A stretch of DNA of 64,000 bases from an uncultured virus (IMG/VR IMGVR_UViG_3300002294_000003) (taxonomy: Duplodnaviria; Heunggongvirae; Uroviricota; Caudoviricetes), in the IMG/VR virus record IMGVR_UViG_3300002294_000003, positions 1 to 64,000 of that record; one strand, written 5' to 3'. The translations under genes were made by a program, and so were the position numbers. Positions 7,703 through 16,868 of the stretch are shown here, piece after piece; position 1 is the first letter of the stretch, and each line of letters begins with the position of its first letter. A model generated the notes under the pieces. That model was given only the letters and a program-made list of their open reading frames with translations. It was not told the DNA's origin and did no database searches.

Positions 7703-8497
7703 ATGACACTAAAATCTATTTATGATATTGAATTAAATTCGGCAGATGGAGAGCCTGGTTTTTTACAGCAATTTAAGGGCAAGGCTGCTATTGTTGTAAA
7801 TACTACCGTTGGATGTGGCAATGCCAATCAAATGGAAGTTTTGCAATGGCTGCAAGAAAAGTATGGCGGAGATCAATTTCAAATTATTGCTATTCCAACT
7901 AACGATTACTGTGGACCAGGAGTTACTTATGGAAAGTGGTCTGAGGGAATTACCTGTGGTTTAGATTCTCAAAATTATGGCCAAGATGTTTATGGAACTA
8001 CATTTAAGTTTTCAGAAATGGTATCATCAATTCCTCAGCCTGGTGTAAGCGTACAACTTGGAGTAGAGCCAGGACACAATGGATTGGGACAGCCAAATGG
8101 CGAACCCCATGAACTTTATTTAACAATTAGAGAACACCAGCTTGCTGCAAAAGAAGTATTGAAAGCAAACGGCCTTGACCCCTACAATATGTTTAAAGAT
8201 AAATACTTTTCATATTGGCTCAATATGGGCTTTTATAACGGAGATCAAATGGGCGGAAACTTTGAAAAATATTTAATTGATAAAGATGGATATGTTCACA
8301 AGCATTTTCAATGTACCACACTAAATATTGATGTTGAAAGAACAATTAAAGAAGTTGGTGTTGATGGAAACATGGAAATTGGCGTTGGTCCTGGACGATC
8401 CAAAAAGATATTTGAAGAAGAATGGACAGTGATTTGTCAAGAAATTGAGCAGCTAATTGCTGGTCAAAAATCCATTATTAATCCCACATCTAACTAA
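7703..8497 (+). CDS. glutathione peroxidase-family protein (Cys type) with insertions
   Basis: SIYDI..KGKAAIVVNTTVGCG, IIAIPTNDY, NFEKYLIDKDG motifs; GGAGG RBS. Confidence 0.85.
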   Translation: MTLKSIYDIELNSADGEPGFLQQFKGKAAIVVNTTVGCGNANQMEVLQWLQEKYGGDQFQIIAIPTNDYCGPGVTYGKWSEGITCGLDSQNYGQDVYGTTFKFSEMVSSIPQPGVSVQLGVEPGHNGLGQPNGEPHELYLTIREHQLAAKEVLKANGLDPYNMFKDKYFSYWLNMGFYNGDQMGGNFEKYLIDKDGYVHKHFQCTTLNIDVERTIKEVGVDGNMEIGVGPGRSKKIFEEEWTVICQEIEQLIAGQKSIINPTSN

Positions 8498-8527
8498 TAT
8501 TTCATTTTGACAATGATATAATTAGGT

Positions 8528-8755
8528 ATGGATAAGATTAAGACTGATGTTCAGAACGCCAAATGGCATACCCTTTGGCAAAAACGCATGGCCGAAAATA
8601 AGCCACGTGAAGGCGATTACAACTTTGTGGTTTGGAAGAATGGCTCTGAAATAATTATAGAGCCATGGAATAAATCAGTTCCCCCGTCAGTATATACTAA
8701 GGGACAATGGGTAGTCTTGGCATCAGATTATAGAGAGGACAATGATGGCAGGTAA
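8528..8755 (+). CDS. hypothetical protein, leaderless
   Basis: TATAAT-N5-ATG. Confidence 0.6.
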   Translation: MDKIKTDVQNAKWHTLWQKRMAENKPREGDYNFVVWKNGSEIIIEPWNKSVPPSVYTKGQWVVLASDYREDNDGR

Positions 8756-8887
8756 AAAAACAAAAGGAGAAAGAAACTCCAACAGGCAAAATGGCAAGGC
8801 AAATAAAAAAAGGCCACTAGTATTTGATCCTGAAAAAAGAAGGCTTGTAAGAGCAAAATAGCATTTTTTGAGGTATATAATAGAAGT

Positions 8888-9160
8888 ATGACACAAAAAG
8901 AAATTGTTGAGTTTTCTACTTCTGGATCTAAAACCTCTGAAATAATGCAACCAATAGTTCAAGAACTACTTCACAATAACCCAGATGTTACATATACTAG
9001 AATTAATTATGATGAAGAGCCAGACCTAGTAAAGGCCATGATTGCTTCTCAGCCACCAACAATTAGTCCATTTTTTGTGAGCTTTTACGATGGCAAGATG
9101 TTTGCCAGTGCTGCTGGATTAATTTCTGCAGATGAGCTATCTAGACTATTAAAAATCTAG
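8888..9160 (+). CDS. thioredoxin-fold protein lacking CxxC
   Basis: Trx-like pattern with SKTS at the CxxC position; leaderless. Confidence 0.6.
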   Translation: MTQKEIVEFSTSGSKTSEIMQPIVQELLHNNPDVTYTRINYDEEPDLVKAMIASQPPTISPFFVSFYDGKMFASAAGLISADELSRLLKI

Positions 9161-9334
9161 GTCTGGAAAAACTGTCTGTGCTTCATTGCAATTTAAGCAA
9201 TAGTGCGTATAGTCTTTAATAACAGTACCGCCAAGAACAACTTCATCTCGTCTAGATGCCTCAATCATTTCAGGTGTAGGATACCCATAAACTATTGGCA
9301 CCATAAAAAATTGATTACAAATTGAGCAGACCAT
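9149..9334 (-). CDS. small Zn-finger protein (PIVYGYP family)
   Basis: CxxC..PIVYGYP..LGG..CxxC. Confidence 0.7.
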   Translation of the reverse strand: MVCSICNQFFMVPIVYGYPTPEMIEASRRDEVVLGGTVIKDYTHYCLNCNEAQTVFPDLDF

Positions 9335-9482
9335 TAATTAATTTTATCATATAAATACAATATAATTGGCAAATGATACCTATTTTTTGGAAATGTCCAG
9401 AATGTGGTATGTCTATTAGGGCAGAGCAGACTGATCAAATCCCTACCATCATTACTACACATAACTGTGATACAATATAAGA

Positions 9483-9764
9483 ATGCTAACACATTCTCTA
9501 ATTACCCTTTCAAGCAGCAACGTTACAAGGGTGTCTCCAGCTGGTGTTCACTCTGGATGTGACGTAACAGTACAAAATGTTAATGATACTGGTTACATCT
9601 ACCTTGGAAATTCTGCAGTATCCAGCACAAACTATGGCTTTAGAATTTTACCAAACCACTCCATTTCTTTTGAGCTTCCTGGAAAGGACGCTCTTTATGC
9701 AATCTCTTCTGTCAATTCTATGAAGGCAGCTGTTATGATTACCAATCTTGAGAGTGGTAGTTAA
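9483..9764 (+). CDS. small beta-rich protein, possibly virion-associated
   Basis: Ser/Thr/Gly-rich; leaderless TACAAT-N6-ATG. Confidence 0.6.
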   Translation: MLTHSLITLSSSNVTRVSPAGVHSGCDVTVQNVNDTGYIYLGNSAVSSTNYGFRILPNHSISFELPGKDALYAISSVNSMKAAVMITNLESGS

Positions 9765-10210
9765 TGGCTAGGTTTACACATCCTGCTTTTGGTGATGTGG
9801 GCGGGCTAACTACTGAAATTAAAACATATTCTCCAGTTTGGTCTGGAACTGGGTTGGCCTTTACTGGAACACCAGCAAGTGGCTCATACATTAAAATGGG
9901 TAACTTTGTAACCGTACAGATGGATGTTATTTTTACTAACGTTACAAACTTTGGAACTGGGCAATATTCTTTAACATTGCCAGTTGCATCTCAGTACCAC
10001 ACAGATGTTTATGGTGGTTCCATACATAAGATAACGAATCAGGGAATAGACCACTATAGCATTAAAGGTCACTTAGTTCCTGGTAGCACAACTTTCACCC
10101 TTTGGATAATTGGTAGCAGTGCTGCAGATGCCCCGTTTGATCACAACACTCCAGTAATTATTGATACTGATGACAAGTTCCATATGTCATTTACATATAT
10201 TTGTGAATAA
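9764..10210 (+). CDS. tail-fibre C-terminal-like beta protein
   Basis: YSPVWSG..GSYIKMGNFVTV..GTGQYSLTLP pattern. Confidence 0.55.
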   Translation: MARFTHPAFGDVGGLTTEIKTYSPVWSGTGLAFTGTPASGSYIKMGNFVTVQMDVIFTNVTNFGTGQYSLTLPVASQYHTDVYGGSIHKITNQGIDHYSIKGHLVPGSTTFTLWIIGSSAADAPFDHNTPVIIDTDDKFHMSFTYICE

Positions 10211-10291
10211 GTTATCAAACTGTAATAAATTACTTGATTTTTACCCCCATACAGGAGTATAATATATCATCAACTTAATAAGGAAGTGTTT

Positions 10292-10513
10292 ATGACTACT
10301 GTTTATACAAAGCCATCGTGCGTTCAGTGCGATATGACTAAAAGATATATGGATAAGAATGGTATTTCTTACAATACCGTGGATATTACTGAGGACCCAG
10401 ATGCATTAGACTTAATTGTTGGCATGGGATTTTCATCAGTACCAGTAGTCATTTCAGAAAAAGGTACTTGGGCAGGCTTTCAGCCAGATAAGATTAATCT
10501 TTTAGCTGCTTGA
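10292..10513 (+). CDS. nrdH: glutaredoxin-like NrdH redoxin
   Basis: VYTKPSCVQC, VPVV, WAGFQPD. Confidence 0.92.
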   Translation: MTTVYTKPSCVQCDMTKRYMDKNGISYNTVDITEDPDALDLIVGMGFSSVPVVISEKGTWAGFQPDKINLLAA

Positions 10514-10544
10514 TTTTTTGACTTAGTTAGTGTAAAATTAATAT

Positions 10545-10772
10545 ATGAGCCTACCAGACATTGACTATGAATTGAGAAATGTGGGACAATTTGAGTATGG
10601 TGTTGATCTAGCAAGTCCCAGAACGCCACAAGATATGCAATTTGTTGCAGATGCATTTGCTGCAGGGCAACAAAAAGAACGTGAAAGAATTGAGCAGGCA
10701 CTAACTGCTAAATCTTCTAGTGGTCATTTAAGTATTGCAGTATTTGAATTGCAGAATATTATTAATGAATAA
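10545..10772 (+). CDS. hypothetical protein, leaderless
   Basis: TAAAAT-N6-ATG. Confidence 0.65.
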   Translation: MSLPDIDYELRNVGQFEYGVDLASPRTPQDMQFVADAFAAGQQKERERIEQALTAKSSSGHLSIAVFELQNIINE

Positions 10773-10929
10773 TATTTGGGAAGAACTCAAGTCTATTAAA
10801 AAAGATCTTGATGCTATTGAAATGCAACTTGGCATGAATAATGAAGCAATAGAATCTATTGAAATGGAGCTAAGATTTTTACAAGCAGAGCTGGATTACG
10901 AAGCCAGGGGCAATAGCTCAGCAGGTTAG
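10765..10929 (+). CDS. small coiled-coil protein; 3' end overlaps a tRNA
   Basis: ORF track; heptad pattern. Confidence 0.5.
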   Translation: MNNIWEELKSIKKDLDAIEMQLGMNNEAIESIEMELRFLQAELDYEARGNSSAG

Positions 10930-10980
10930 AGCAAACGACTCATAATCGTTCGGTCCTGGGTTCAAGTCCCAGTTGCCCCA
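10907..10980 (+). tRNA. tRNA with CAT anticodon (Ile2 or elongator Met)
   Basis: GGGGCAA/TTGCCCC acceptor; AACGA-CTCATAA-TCGTT; TTCAAG T-loop. Confidence 0.9.
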
Positions 10981-10981
10981 C

Positions 10982-11057
10982 GCCCCCATAGCCCAATGGT
11001 AGAGGCAGCAGACTTAAAATCTGTTCAGTGTCAGTTCGAATCTGACTGAGGGCACCA
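10982..11057 (+). tRNA. trnL: tRNA-Leu(TAA), short variable arm, encoded CCA
   Basis: GCAGA-CTTAAAA-TCTGT; TTCGAA; one C-A mismatch in the acceptor stem. Confidence 0.9.
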
Positions 11058-11077
11058 AACATGGTATAATTAACAAT

Positions 11078-11674
11078 ATGAGTATAAATGCATGGGGTAG
11101 GATTAGCCCAAGACGTAGAGAAAAGATGCAGCAATTGTCTGGAGAACAGGCCACGGCTGCAACTAAAGAAAAGATTGAAGATCAGAAGCGTAAGCGTTAT
11201 GAGCTTCAGGAATCTAAGCGTGCTCCCAAAATTCAGGTAGACCAAAAGATAATTCTTTGGACATGGCTAATTGGTATTGCTGCTGCTTTTATATCATCTG
11301 CAATCGTATCATTTAATGGTATTACTTCTGTTGCAGAATTTGTTGGACTATCTCAGTCATGGATGGCTGGACTATTCTTTTTCTTTATTGAGCTTATGTA
11401 TCTTTTATTCTTGGTTGCATATCTTGTACTTGCGTCTAGAATAGATGAAGATGGTAAGTCAGAAAAAACTGGCGGTGCATTGATTGGAATGATAGCCTTT
11501 GGTGGTATTGCAGTTCTTGCTAATGCCTTCCACACTTTTGATTTTTGGGAGTGGGCATGGACTGAGCCACGTATGTGGGCAGGTATTATACTAAGCATTG
11601 CAGCACCAATTGCAATTATTAGTGCATCCAAGATGGCATCCAGAGTTGTATTTGCTAAAGCAATTAAGCTTTAG
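11078..11674 (+). CDS. 4-TM membrane protein (DUF2637-like)
   Basis: Four hydrophobic segments after a charged N-terminus. Confidence 0.65.
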   Translation: MSINAWGRISPRRREKMQQLSGEQATAATKEKIEDQKRKRYELQESKRAPKIQVDQKIILWTWLIGIAAAFISSAIVSFNGITSVAEFVGLSQSWMAGLFFFFIELMYLLFLVAYLVLASRIDEDGKSEKTGGALIGMIAFGGIAVLANAFHTFDFWEWAWTEPRMWAGIILSIAAPIAIISASKMASRVVFAKAIKL

Positions 11675-11698
11675 TCCATGCTGTATAATAGTATTACT

Positions 11699-12367
11699 AT
11701 GACAAAATTAGCTATTGCTGTTCCCACTCGTGGTAGGCCACACAATTTATTGAGACTTGCGAATGCCCTAAAAGAAACTTGTACTGTCGAATATCAGCTT
11801 TTTGCTCGTATTGATAATGATGACACATCTCCATACATAGAGCTAGAAAATACAACTTATCTTGTTGGGCCTAGAATATTTTATGCTAAATCAGTTAATG
11901 AAATTGCACAAAAGGCATTAGAGGATGGCTTTACACATATTGCAATCCTTGGCGATGATGTTTTGCCTGAAACAAAAGGCTGGGATAAGATAATGATTGA
12001 TTCTTTATCAGATCTTGGAGTTGCATACGGAAGTGATGGCTTAGAGCATCTGCATGGACAAGATCTTCCAACACATGTAGTTGTTCCAATTGAAATGTAT
12101 AAACGTTTGGGCTGGATTGCATTACCAACACTAAGACATTTATTTTGCGACAATGTTTGGAGAGAGCTTGGCAAGATGACCAACTTTATTTATCATCCAC
12201 AGGTGAAGCTATCCCATTTGCATCGCTGGAATCAGAAAGCCCCAGATGATGAAATTTATCAGCAAGCAAATGATAAGCGTAAGCGTGAACAAGATAAAAA
12301 AGCATTTGAGACTTGGAAGAATGGAAAAGGCCTACAAATTGCCAAAAAGGCTTTATCGCAGCAATGA
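11699..12367 (+). CDS. glycosyltransferase family 2
   Basis: IAVPTRGR, IDNDD, LGDD (DxD-like), FCDN. Confidence 0.85.
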   Translation: MTKLAIAVPTRGRPHNLLRLANALKETCTVEYQLFARIDNDDTSPYIELENTTYLVGPRIFYAKSVNEIAQKALEDGFTHIAILGDDVLPETKGWDKIMIDSLSDLGVAYGSDGLEHLHGQDLPTHVVVPIEMYKRLGWIALPTLRHLFCDNVWRELGKMTNFIYHPQVKLSHLHRWNQKAPDDEIYQQANDKRKREQDKKAFETWKNGKGLQIAKKALSQQ

Positions 12368-13023
12368 TGCAGGATATTAGTTGGCTTGACCCCGTAGTGG
12401 ATGCACATAAAAAATATTTTGTAGAAAAAGCTTTTAGAATAATTGATGTTGGATCTCGTGATGGAGATGATGCTCAGTGGCTTTTGTCACAATTAGGAGA
12501 TGAAGACGAGTGTAAGGTTATTTGCATAGAAGCAAGAGAAGCAGCAGCTCTTGAAATTAGAAACAAATATCCAAACTTCGCAGTATTTCAAACAGCAGTT
12601 TCTAATTTTATTGGAGAAGCCAAATTTGTACAAATGAATGATCCAGAATTTTTGGGCTCATCTTCCCTTGAGCTAGTAAGAGCAAATGCATATCCAATAG
12701 AAAGCACACTCATAGATGTTCCAGTAACAAGATTAGATGCCATAATTGAACCAGGGATAATTGATATTTTAAAAATAGATGTTGAAGGACACTCTGTTCC
12801 AACAATTGAGGGCATGGGAAGCCTAATAAAAGATGTTTTAGTTGCTCATATTGAGACTGAAACACCTGAAAGGTCTGCCTGGGGAGAGCCATCAAATAAT
12901 TTAAAAGTTATTGAAATTATGCAAGACCTTGGATTTTGTTTGGCAAACGTTAGCTATCAGTGGGGATGGAGTATTCAAGACCAGACTTGGGTAAACACAA
13001 AACATGAAAGATATAGGAATTAA
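12364..13023 (+). CDS. FkbM-family methyltransferase
   Basis: IIDVGSRDG, RLD..IDILKIDVEG. Confidence 0.88.
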   Translation: MMQDISWLDPVVDAHKKYFVEKAFRIIDVGSRDGDDAQWLLSQLGDEDECKVICIEAREAAALEIRNKYPNFAVFQTAVSNFIGEAKFVQMNDPEFLGSSSLELVRANAYPIESTLIDVPVTRLDAIIEPGIIDILKIDVEGHSVPTIEGMGSLIKDVLVAHIETETPERSAWGEPSNNLKVIEIMQDLGFCLANVSYQWGWSIQDQTWVNTKHERYRN

Positions 13024-13026
13024 TAA

Positions 13027-14076
13027 ATGACAGTTGTTGCATTATCACATGGCTATCCGCCACTTTGGAATATGGGCGGAGAAGTTTCACTTCATAGAAC
13101 TATGAAGGCAATAAAAGAAGAATCGTACGTTTTGACCAAAACAGATAGGTCATACACTTTTGAGGGCATTAACGTAAGACAAATTAATACTCCAGATGTT
13201 TTAGATATAAATGCAGATCCAAGGCCAATTGCCCAGCAGCTCGCAGAACTAAATGCTAGAGTTGTTATTGGACAAAATGAATTATCTTTGCCAGCTGTTT
13301 TGGCTGCTAAAGATATTGGTGCAACCTCAATTGTTAATGTTCATACCCCTCCAAAATATGGTGGCGGAATCTCAGCTGCAATGTTAGAATCAGATTATGC
13401 CATTTATAATACAAGAGCTGCGGCAAAAGAGTGGGGAGAGCCTGATGCATTTGTTTTGCATCCACCAATTAGCCCAATTCCAAACAGCATTAGCAATACT
13501 GGTGATGCGTATACCCTCTTGTCATCTTTAACAAATAAAGGTGTCACAGTCGTAATTGATTTAGCAAAAATATATCCCAACAAAAGATTTATAATAGTCA
13601 GGTCGCCAGCTGAACCAACGCATGGCCTTAAAGATATTGAAGAAATTGTTTCCAAAATTCCAAACATAGAGCTTCATCCCAGAGTGGCTCCAGAAAATGT
13701 AGATATATATTTAAAACAAACCAGAATACTATTAGTGCCATCCAGATATGAAACATATGGAATGTCTGCAATTGAGGCAGCTGGCTATGGAATTCCATCA
13801 GTGCACGTTGACACACCCCATGTTAGGGAGGGTATTGGCGGTGCTGCAGTATTAATAAAACCACTTAATGTAATGGGTGCCCAAAGAGGAATTAACCAGA
13901 TAGAAAAGTATTACAATAAGTTTAGTGAAAATGCTAGGCTGAAGGCTGAGTCTCTTCATGCAAGACAAGAAGTGGAGCTAAGTCAATTTGCTGAGCTAAT
14001 TGAAACCATAAAAAAGCCAGCCAGCAACGACTTACGCAGAAAATCAATAGCTTTAGCTACTAGAAAATACTTTTAG
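13027..14076 (+). CDS. glycosyltransferase family 4 (GT-B)
   Basis: YPP..GGE; LLVPSRYETYGMSAIEAAGYGIP. Confidence 0.88.
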   Translation: MTVVALSHGYPPLWNMGGEVSLHRTMKAIKEESYVLTKTDRSYTFEGINVRQINTPDVLDINADPRPIAQQLAELNARVVIGQNELSLPAVLAAKDIGATSIVNVHTPPKYGGGISAAMLESDYAIYNTRAAAKEWGEPDAFVLHPPISPIPNSISNTGDAYTLLSSLTNKGVTVVIDLAKIYPNKRFIIVRSPAEPTHGLKDIEEIVSKIPNIELHPRVAPENVDIYLKQTRILLVPSRYETYGMSAIEAAGYGIPSVHVDTPHVREGIGGAAVLIKPLNVMGAQRGINQIEKYYNKFSENARLKAESLHARQEVELSQFAELIETIKKPASNDLRRKSIALATRKYF

Positions 14077-14775
14077 CTCGTATCTTGATGGAATGCAAAA
14101 CATATTTTTTAGCATTCTATCGTAAGCCATTCCAAAAGAGCTATCTTGTGTTGAAAAAAATGGATACTTAAAGCTTAGATATTCATAACTTTTAAAATCA
14201 TATTTTGGATCTGAATAAACCTTGACATCATCTATTACTTCAATTTGATCTTCTGATAAAAATCTATTTCCATAGTTTGATCTCCACATTACATTTTCTT
14301 TAGCTATTATTGATAGCTTGCTTTTGCTAATAAGCATTGGTGCATGTGTTTCAAAATCTAGTGGAACATCTCTATATTTCTTACAATGCCTCAATAAATG
14401 ATTTAACCTTTTAATATATGGGGAATTGACTCCGTTTGATTTATTAAAAACTATTTTATTATATAGTGTCCCAGACGAGTATGCCTTTATATTTGGAACA
14501 TATCTAACAAAAAAGAAGTCATCATTCATAATAACTATTTCGTCTGGTATGTTTGGATTATCCATTATTGCAATCAAGCTATTTTTTACATTTTGAAAAG
14601 CATCTGCTACTTGCCTAATTGGTATAAAATTCCCAACGTACCAGTCTGGCTTGCCCCCAACAACCCAGACAGTAGAATTTGGGTAGAAGGTTTGAGCAGA
14701 GCGTAGCGAATATCTAAGCTCTTCGTTATCTCCATTTCTACAAATGTATACAAACACTATTTCTTTTTCCAACAT
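14053..14775 (-). CDS. Stealth-like hexose-phosphotransferase
   Basis: EELRYSLRS, KPDW, MNDDFF, THAP motifs. Confidence 0.7.
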   Translation of the reverse strand: MLEKEIVFVYICRNGDNEELRYSLRSAQTFYPNSTVWVVGGKPDWYVGNFIPIRQVADAFQNVKNSLIAIMDNPNIPDEIVIMNDDFFFVRYVPNIKAYSSGTLYNKIVFNKSNGVNSPYIKRLNHLLRHCKKYRDVPLDFETHAPMLISKSKLSIIAKENVMWRSNYGNRFLSEDQIEVIDDVKVYSDPKYDFKSYEYLSFKYPFFSTQDSSFGMAYDRMLKNMFCIPSRYELKVFSSS

Positions 14776-14798
14776 AACTCCTGGTATAATTATATCGT

Positions 14799-15080
14799 AT
14801 GGTCAAATCAGCCAAACAGAAGAAACAGCTATATAAGGTTTTAGAAGAACTTCACCTTTATAAGGAAAAACACGGCTGTGCTGATTGCAGGAATCATTTT
14901 CCACATTACGTACTAGAATTTGATCATAGACCAAAAGAAAATAAAATAGATGTTGTGTATAGGGTATTAAGAGCTTACGGTCCAGAGGCTGCATGGATCG
15001 AAGTAAAAAAATGCGATGTGGTTTGTGCAAACTGCCATAAAATTAGAACATACCAAAGGGAGCAGGAAAATGAATCTTGA
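14799..15080 (+). CDS. HNH endonuclease-like protein
   Basis: CADC..LEFDH..CDVVCANCHKIRT. Confidence 0.8.
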   Translation: MVKSAKQKKQLYKVLEELHLYKEKHGCADCRNHFPHYVLEFDHRPKENKIDVVYRVLRAYGPEAAWIEVKKCDVVCANCHKIRTYQREQENES

Positions 15081-15231
15081 GCAAGAGATCAGAGCTATCC
15101 TGTTTGACATAGGAAAAGAAATTAAACTGTTAAAAATAGATGATGACAATATTGTTATTGATATTGATTATGAAAGGTATGTTGATAGACTTAGGCAGCT
15201 CTTAGAGTCTTCAACTTATGACCAACAGTAA
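15070..15231 (+). CDS. hypothetical protein
   Basis: AGGA RBS before MNLEQ. Confidence 0.55.
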   Translation: MNLEQEIRAILFDIGKEIKLLKIDDDNIVIDIDYERYVDRLRQLLESSTYDQQ

Positions 15232-16348
15232 TATCTGTTGGCTTACCGTCTCTATATAGGGTTATAACGGCCACAGGATCATCTTCAGAGGCATTTAAAG
15301 CAAAGTCGCTATTTGGTACGTTATAGGTTCCACTTCTGATTATTCGTCTTATTTTACCTGTTGCCCTGCCGCCAGAAGAATTCCAAGATACCATTGAACC
15401 TACGCCTAAAGCCTTAAATATGTCTGTCAATGATTCTGATGTTGTCCAATCTTTACCAAAATTAGCAAACAAAGCTTTGTCTTTCATTCTGTTTACAATG
15501 CCCCGTGACCAGCTAAATCCTGCATCTCCGCCCCATGCATCCCACATAATACGACCATTAGATGGATTGCTTGTGTTATAAAAGTCTTTACCCTTCTTAT
15601 CTACTTCATGGCGAGAAAAGAATGAGAACATTCTACGCACAACACTTAGTGACATTGATCTGCCTGCAACTATATCTCTTGCACGACCCCAGCCTACTGG
15701 AGTTCCTGCCCCAGTTGCCTTACCTTCTTCTTTCCAACGCAAAGCTCTACGTGCTGCTGCTTTCATTCCAGAGGTTGGTGTAAAAGTTTCTGCCTTAAGC
15801 ATAAGTTCAAGCATGTCGTCATCCATGTCCTCTGGCATATTGTGTCCCTCTAAACTTTCAAGTTTTTGTGCGTCTAAATACATCATGCCAATACTGTATG
15901 CTGTTGGCTCCCAAGATCCATTTTCTTCTTCATAAATGCGAACAGACATCGCTGGATTTTCTGGTGGCATAGATTCAAGTGCATATTCACTTCCAGGCGT
16001 TCCAAGAGTTCCACCTTCCCACATGATGTGTTCTACCATTCCATGTGCAATGCCCTCAGTGGTTTGTCCCATAACAAAGTCACCCTCAACAATTCGCTCA
16101 TCCATTTTAGATATTGGAACACAATTTGGAACCATTTTTCCATTTTTCCCTGGCTTCATTCCACGCTGTGTATATCCATCCCAGCATGGAGAAGCCTTAT
16201 CTATATTACCTTCGGATTGATTAATGGCATAAATTTGTCGTGCTGCAGCCTCTTTTGTTTTGTGACAGCCCATCACAGTGCCGTCTTCTTTTATAGCAGG
16301 GTAGCCTGAGCAGCCGTAAGATCCCTTAGCTCCAACACGATATGGCAT
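15191..16348 (-). CDS. multidomain, probably head-associated protein (CWDGY..VPNCVP motif, two SH3/Tudor-like domains)
   Basis: Modular sequence; start moved to leaderless TATAAT-N6-ATG. Confidence 0.7.
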   Translation of the reverse strand: MPYRVGAKGSYGCSGYPAIKEDGTVMGCHKTKEAAARQIYAINQSEGNIDKASPCWDGYTQRGMKPGKNGKMVPNCVPISKMDERIVEGDFVMGQTTEGIAHGMVEHIMWEGGTLGTPGSEYALESMPPENPAMSVRIYEEENGSWEPTAYSIGMMYLDAQKLESLEGHNMPEDMDDDMLELMLKAETFTPTSGMKAAARRALRWKEEGKATGAGTPVGWGRARDIVAGRSMSLSVVRRMFSFFSRHEVDKKGKDFYNTSNPSNGRIMWDAWGGDAGFSWSRGIVNRMKDKALFANFGKDWTTSESLTDIFKALGVGSMVSWNSSGGRATGKIRRIIRSGTYNVPNSDFALNASEDDPVAVITLYRDGKPTDITVGHKLKTLRAA

Positions 16349-16366
16349 AGAAATATTATAGCATGG

Positions 16367-16455
16367 AAAATCCCCATACAGAACCTGTATTAGGCCAGGG
16401 GTCAAAATGGGTAACTAATCCATCCTAAGATAACGGCCTTGCCCTGTATGGGGAC
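16367..16455 (-). ncRNA. candidate ~89-nt rod-shaped small RNA
   Basis: 11-bp terminal helix, inner helices, own TATAAT (16462-16467), trailing U tract. Confidence 0.6.
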
Positions 16456-16469
16456 TATTTAATTATATA

Positions 16470-16862
16470 CTACCTGATCTCAATCTGCTTTGGCTTTAGT
16501 TCCTCTGGCATATTGCGTTTTAGATCAATGTACAGAATACCGTCAAATGCTGAAGCATCCGTTATCTCAAAGTATTCTGGCAGGGAGAATGAGCGAATAA
16601 ATTTACGAGTAGCAATTCCCTTGTAAATATATTCATCATCCTTTCCTAGCTTTTCACCCTTGATCGTTAGAACTCCTCTTTCTACTGAAAGCTCTAGCTC
16701 TCCACGACTAAATCCAGCAACAGCGAACTCCATTATAAAGTGATCATTGTCTACTTTCTTTACGTTATAGGGTGGATAGTTTGTTTTTTGCATTGGTGCA
16801 CCAAATAACTTATCGAATTCCCGACTAAGTTGTGCAAATGGATCTACATAAGATACCATCAT
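16470..16862 (-). CDS. small heat shock protein Hsp20
   Basis: NYPPYNV, FAVAGF, YKGIATRKFIRSF, DGIL. Confidence 0.93.
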   Translation of the reverse strand: MMVSYVDPFAQLSREFDKLFGAPMQKTNYPPYNVKKVDNDHFIMEFAVAGFSRGELELSVERGVLTIKGEKLGKDDEYIYKGIATRKFIRSFSLPEYFEITDASAFDGILYIDLKRNMPEELKPKQIEIR

Positions 16863-16868
16863 ATTATC

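Noticed and set aside
10907..10980. Initiator tRNA-fMet
   Set aside because: G1-C72 is paired and the anticodon stem lacks three consecutive G-C pairs.
16349..16405. N-terminal extension of the 404-aa ORF
   Set aside because: Overlaps the candidate ncRNA; a leaderless start fits at 16348.
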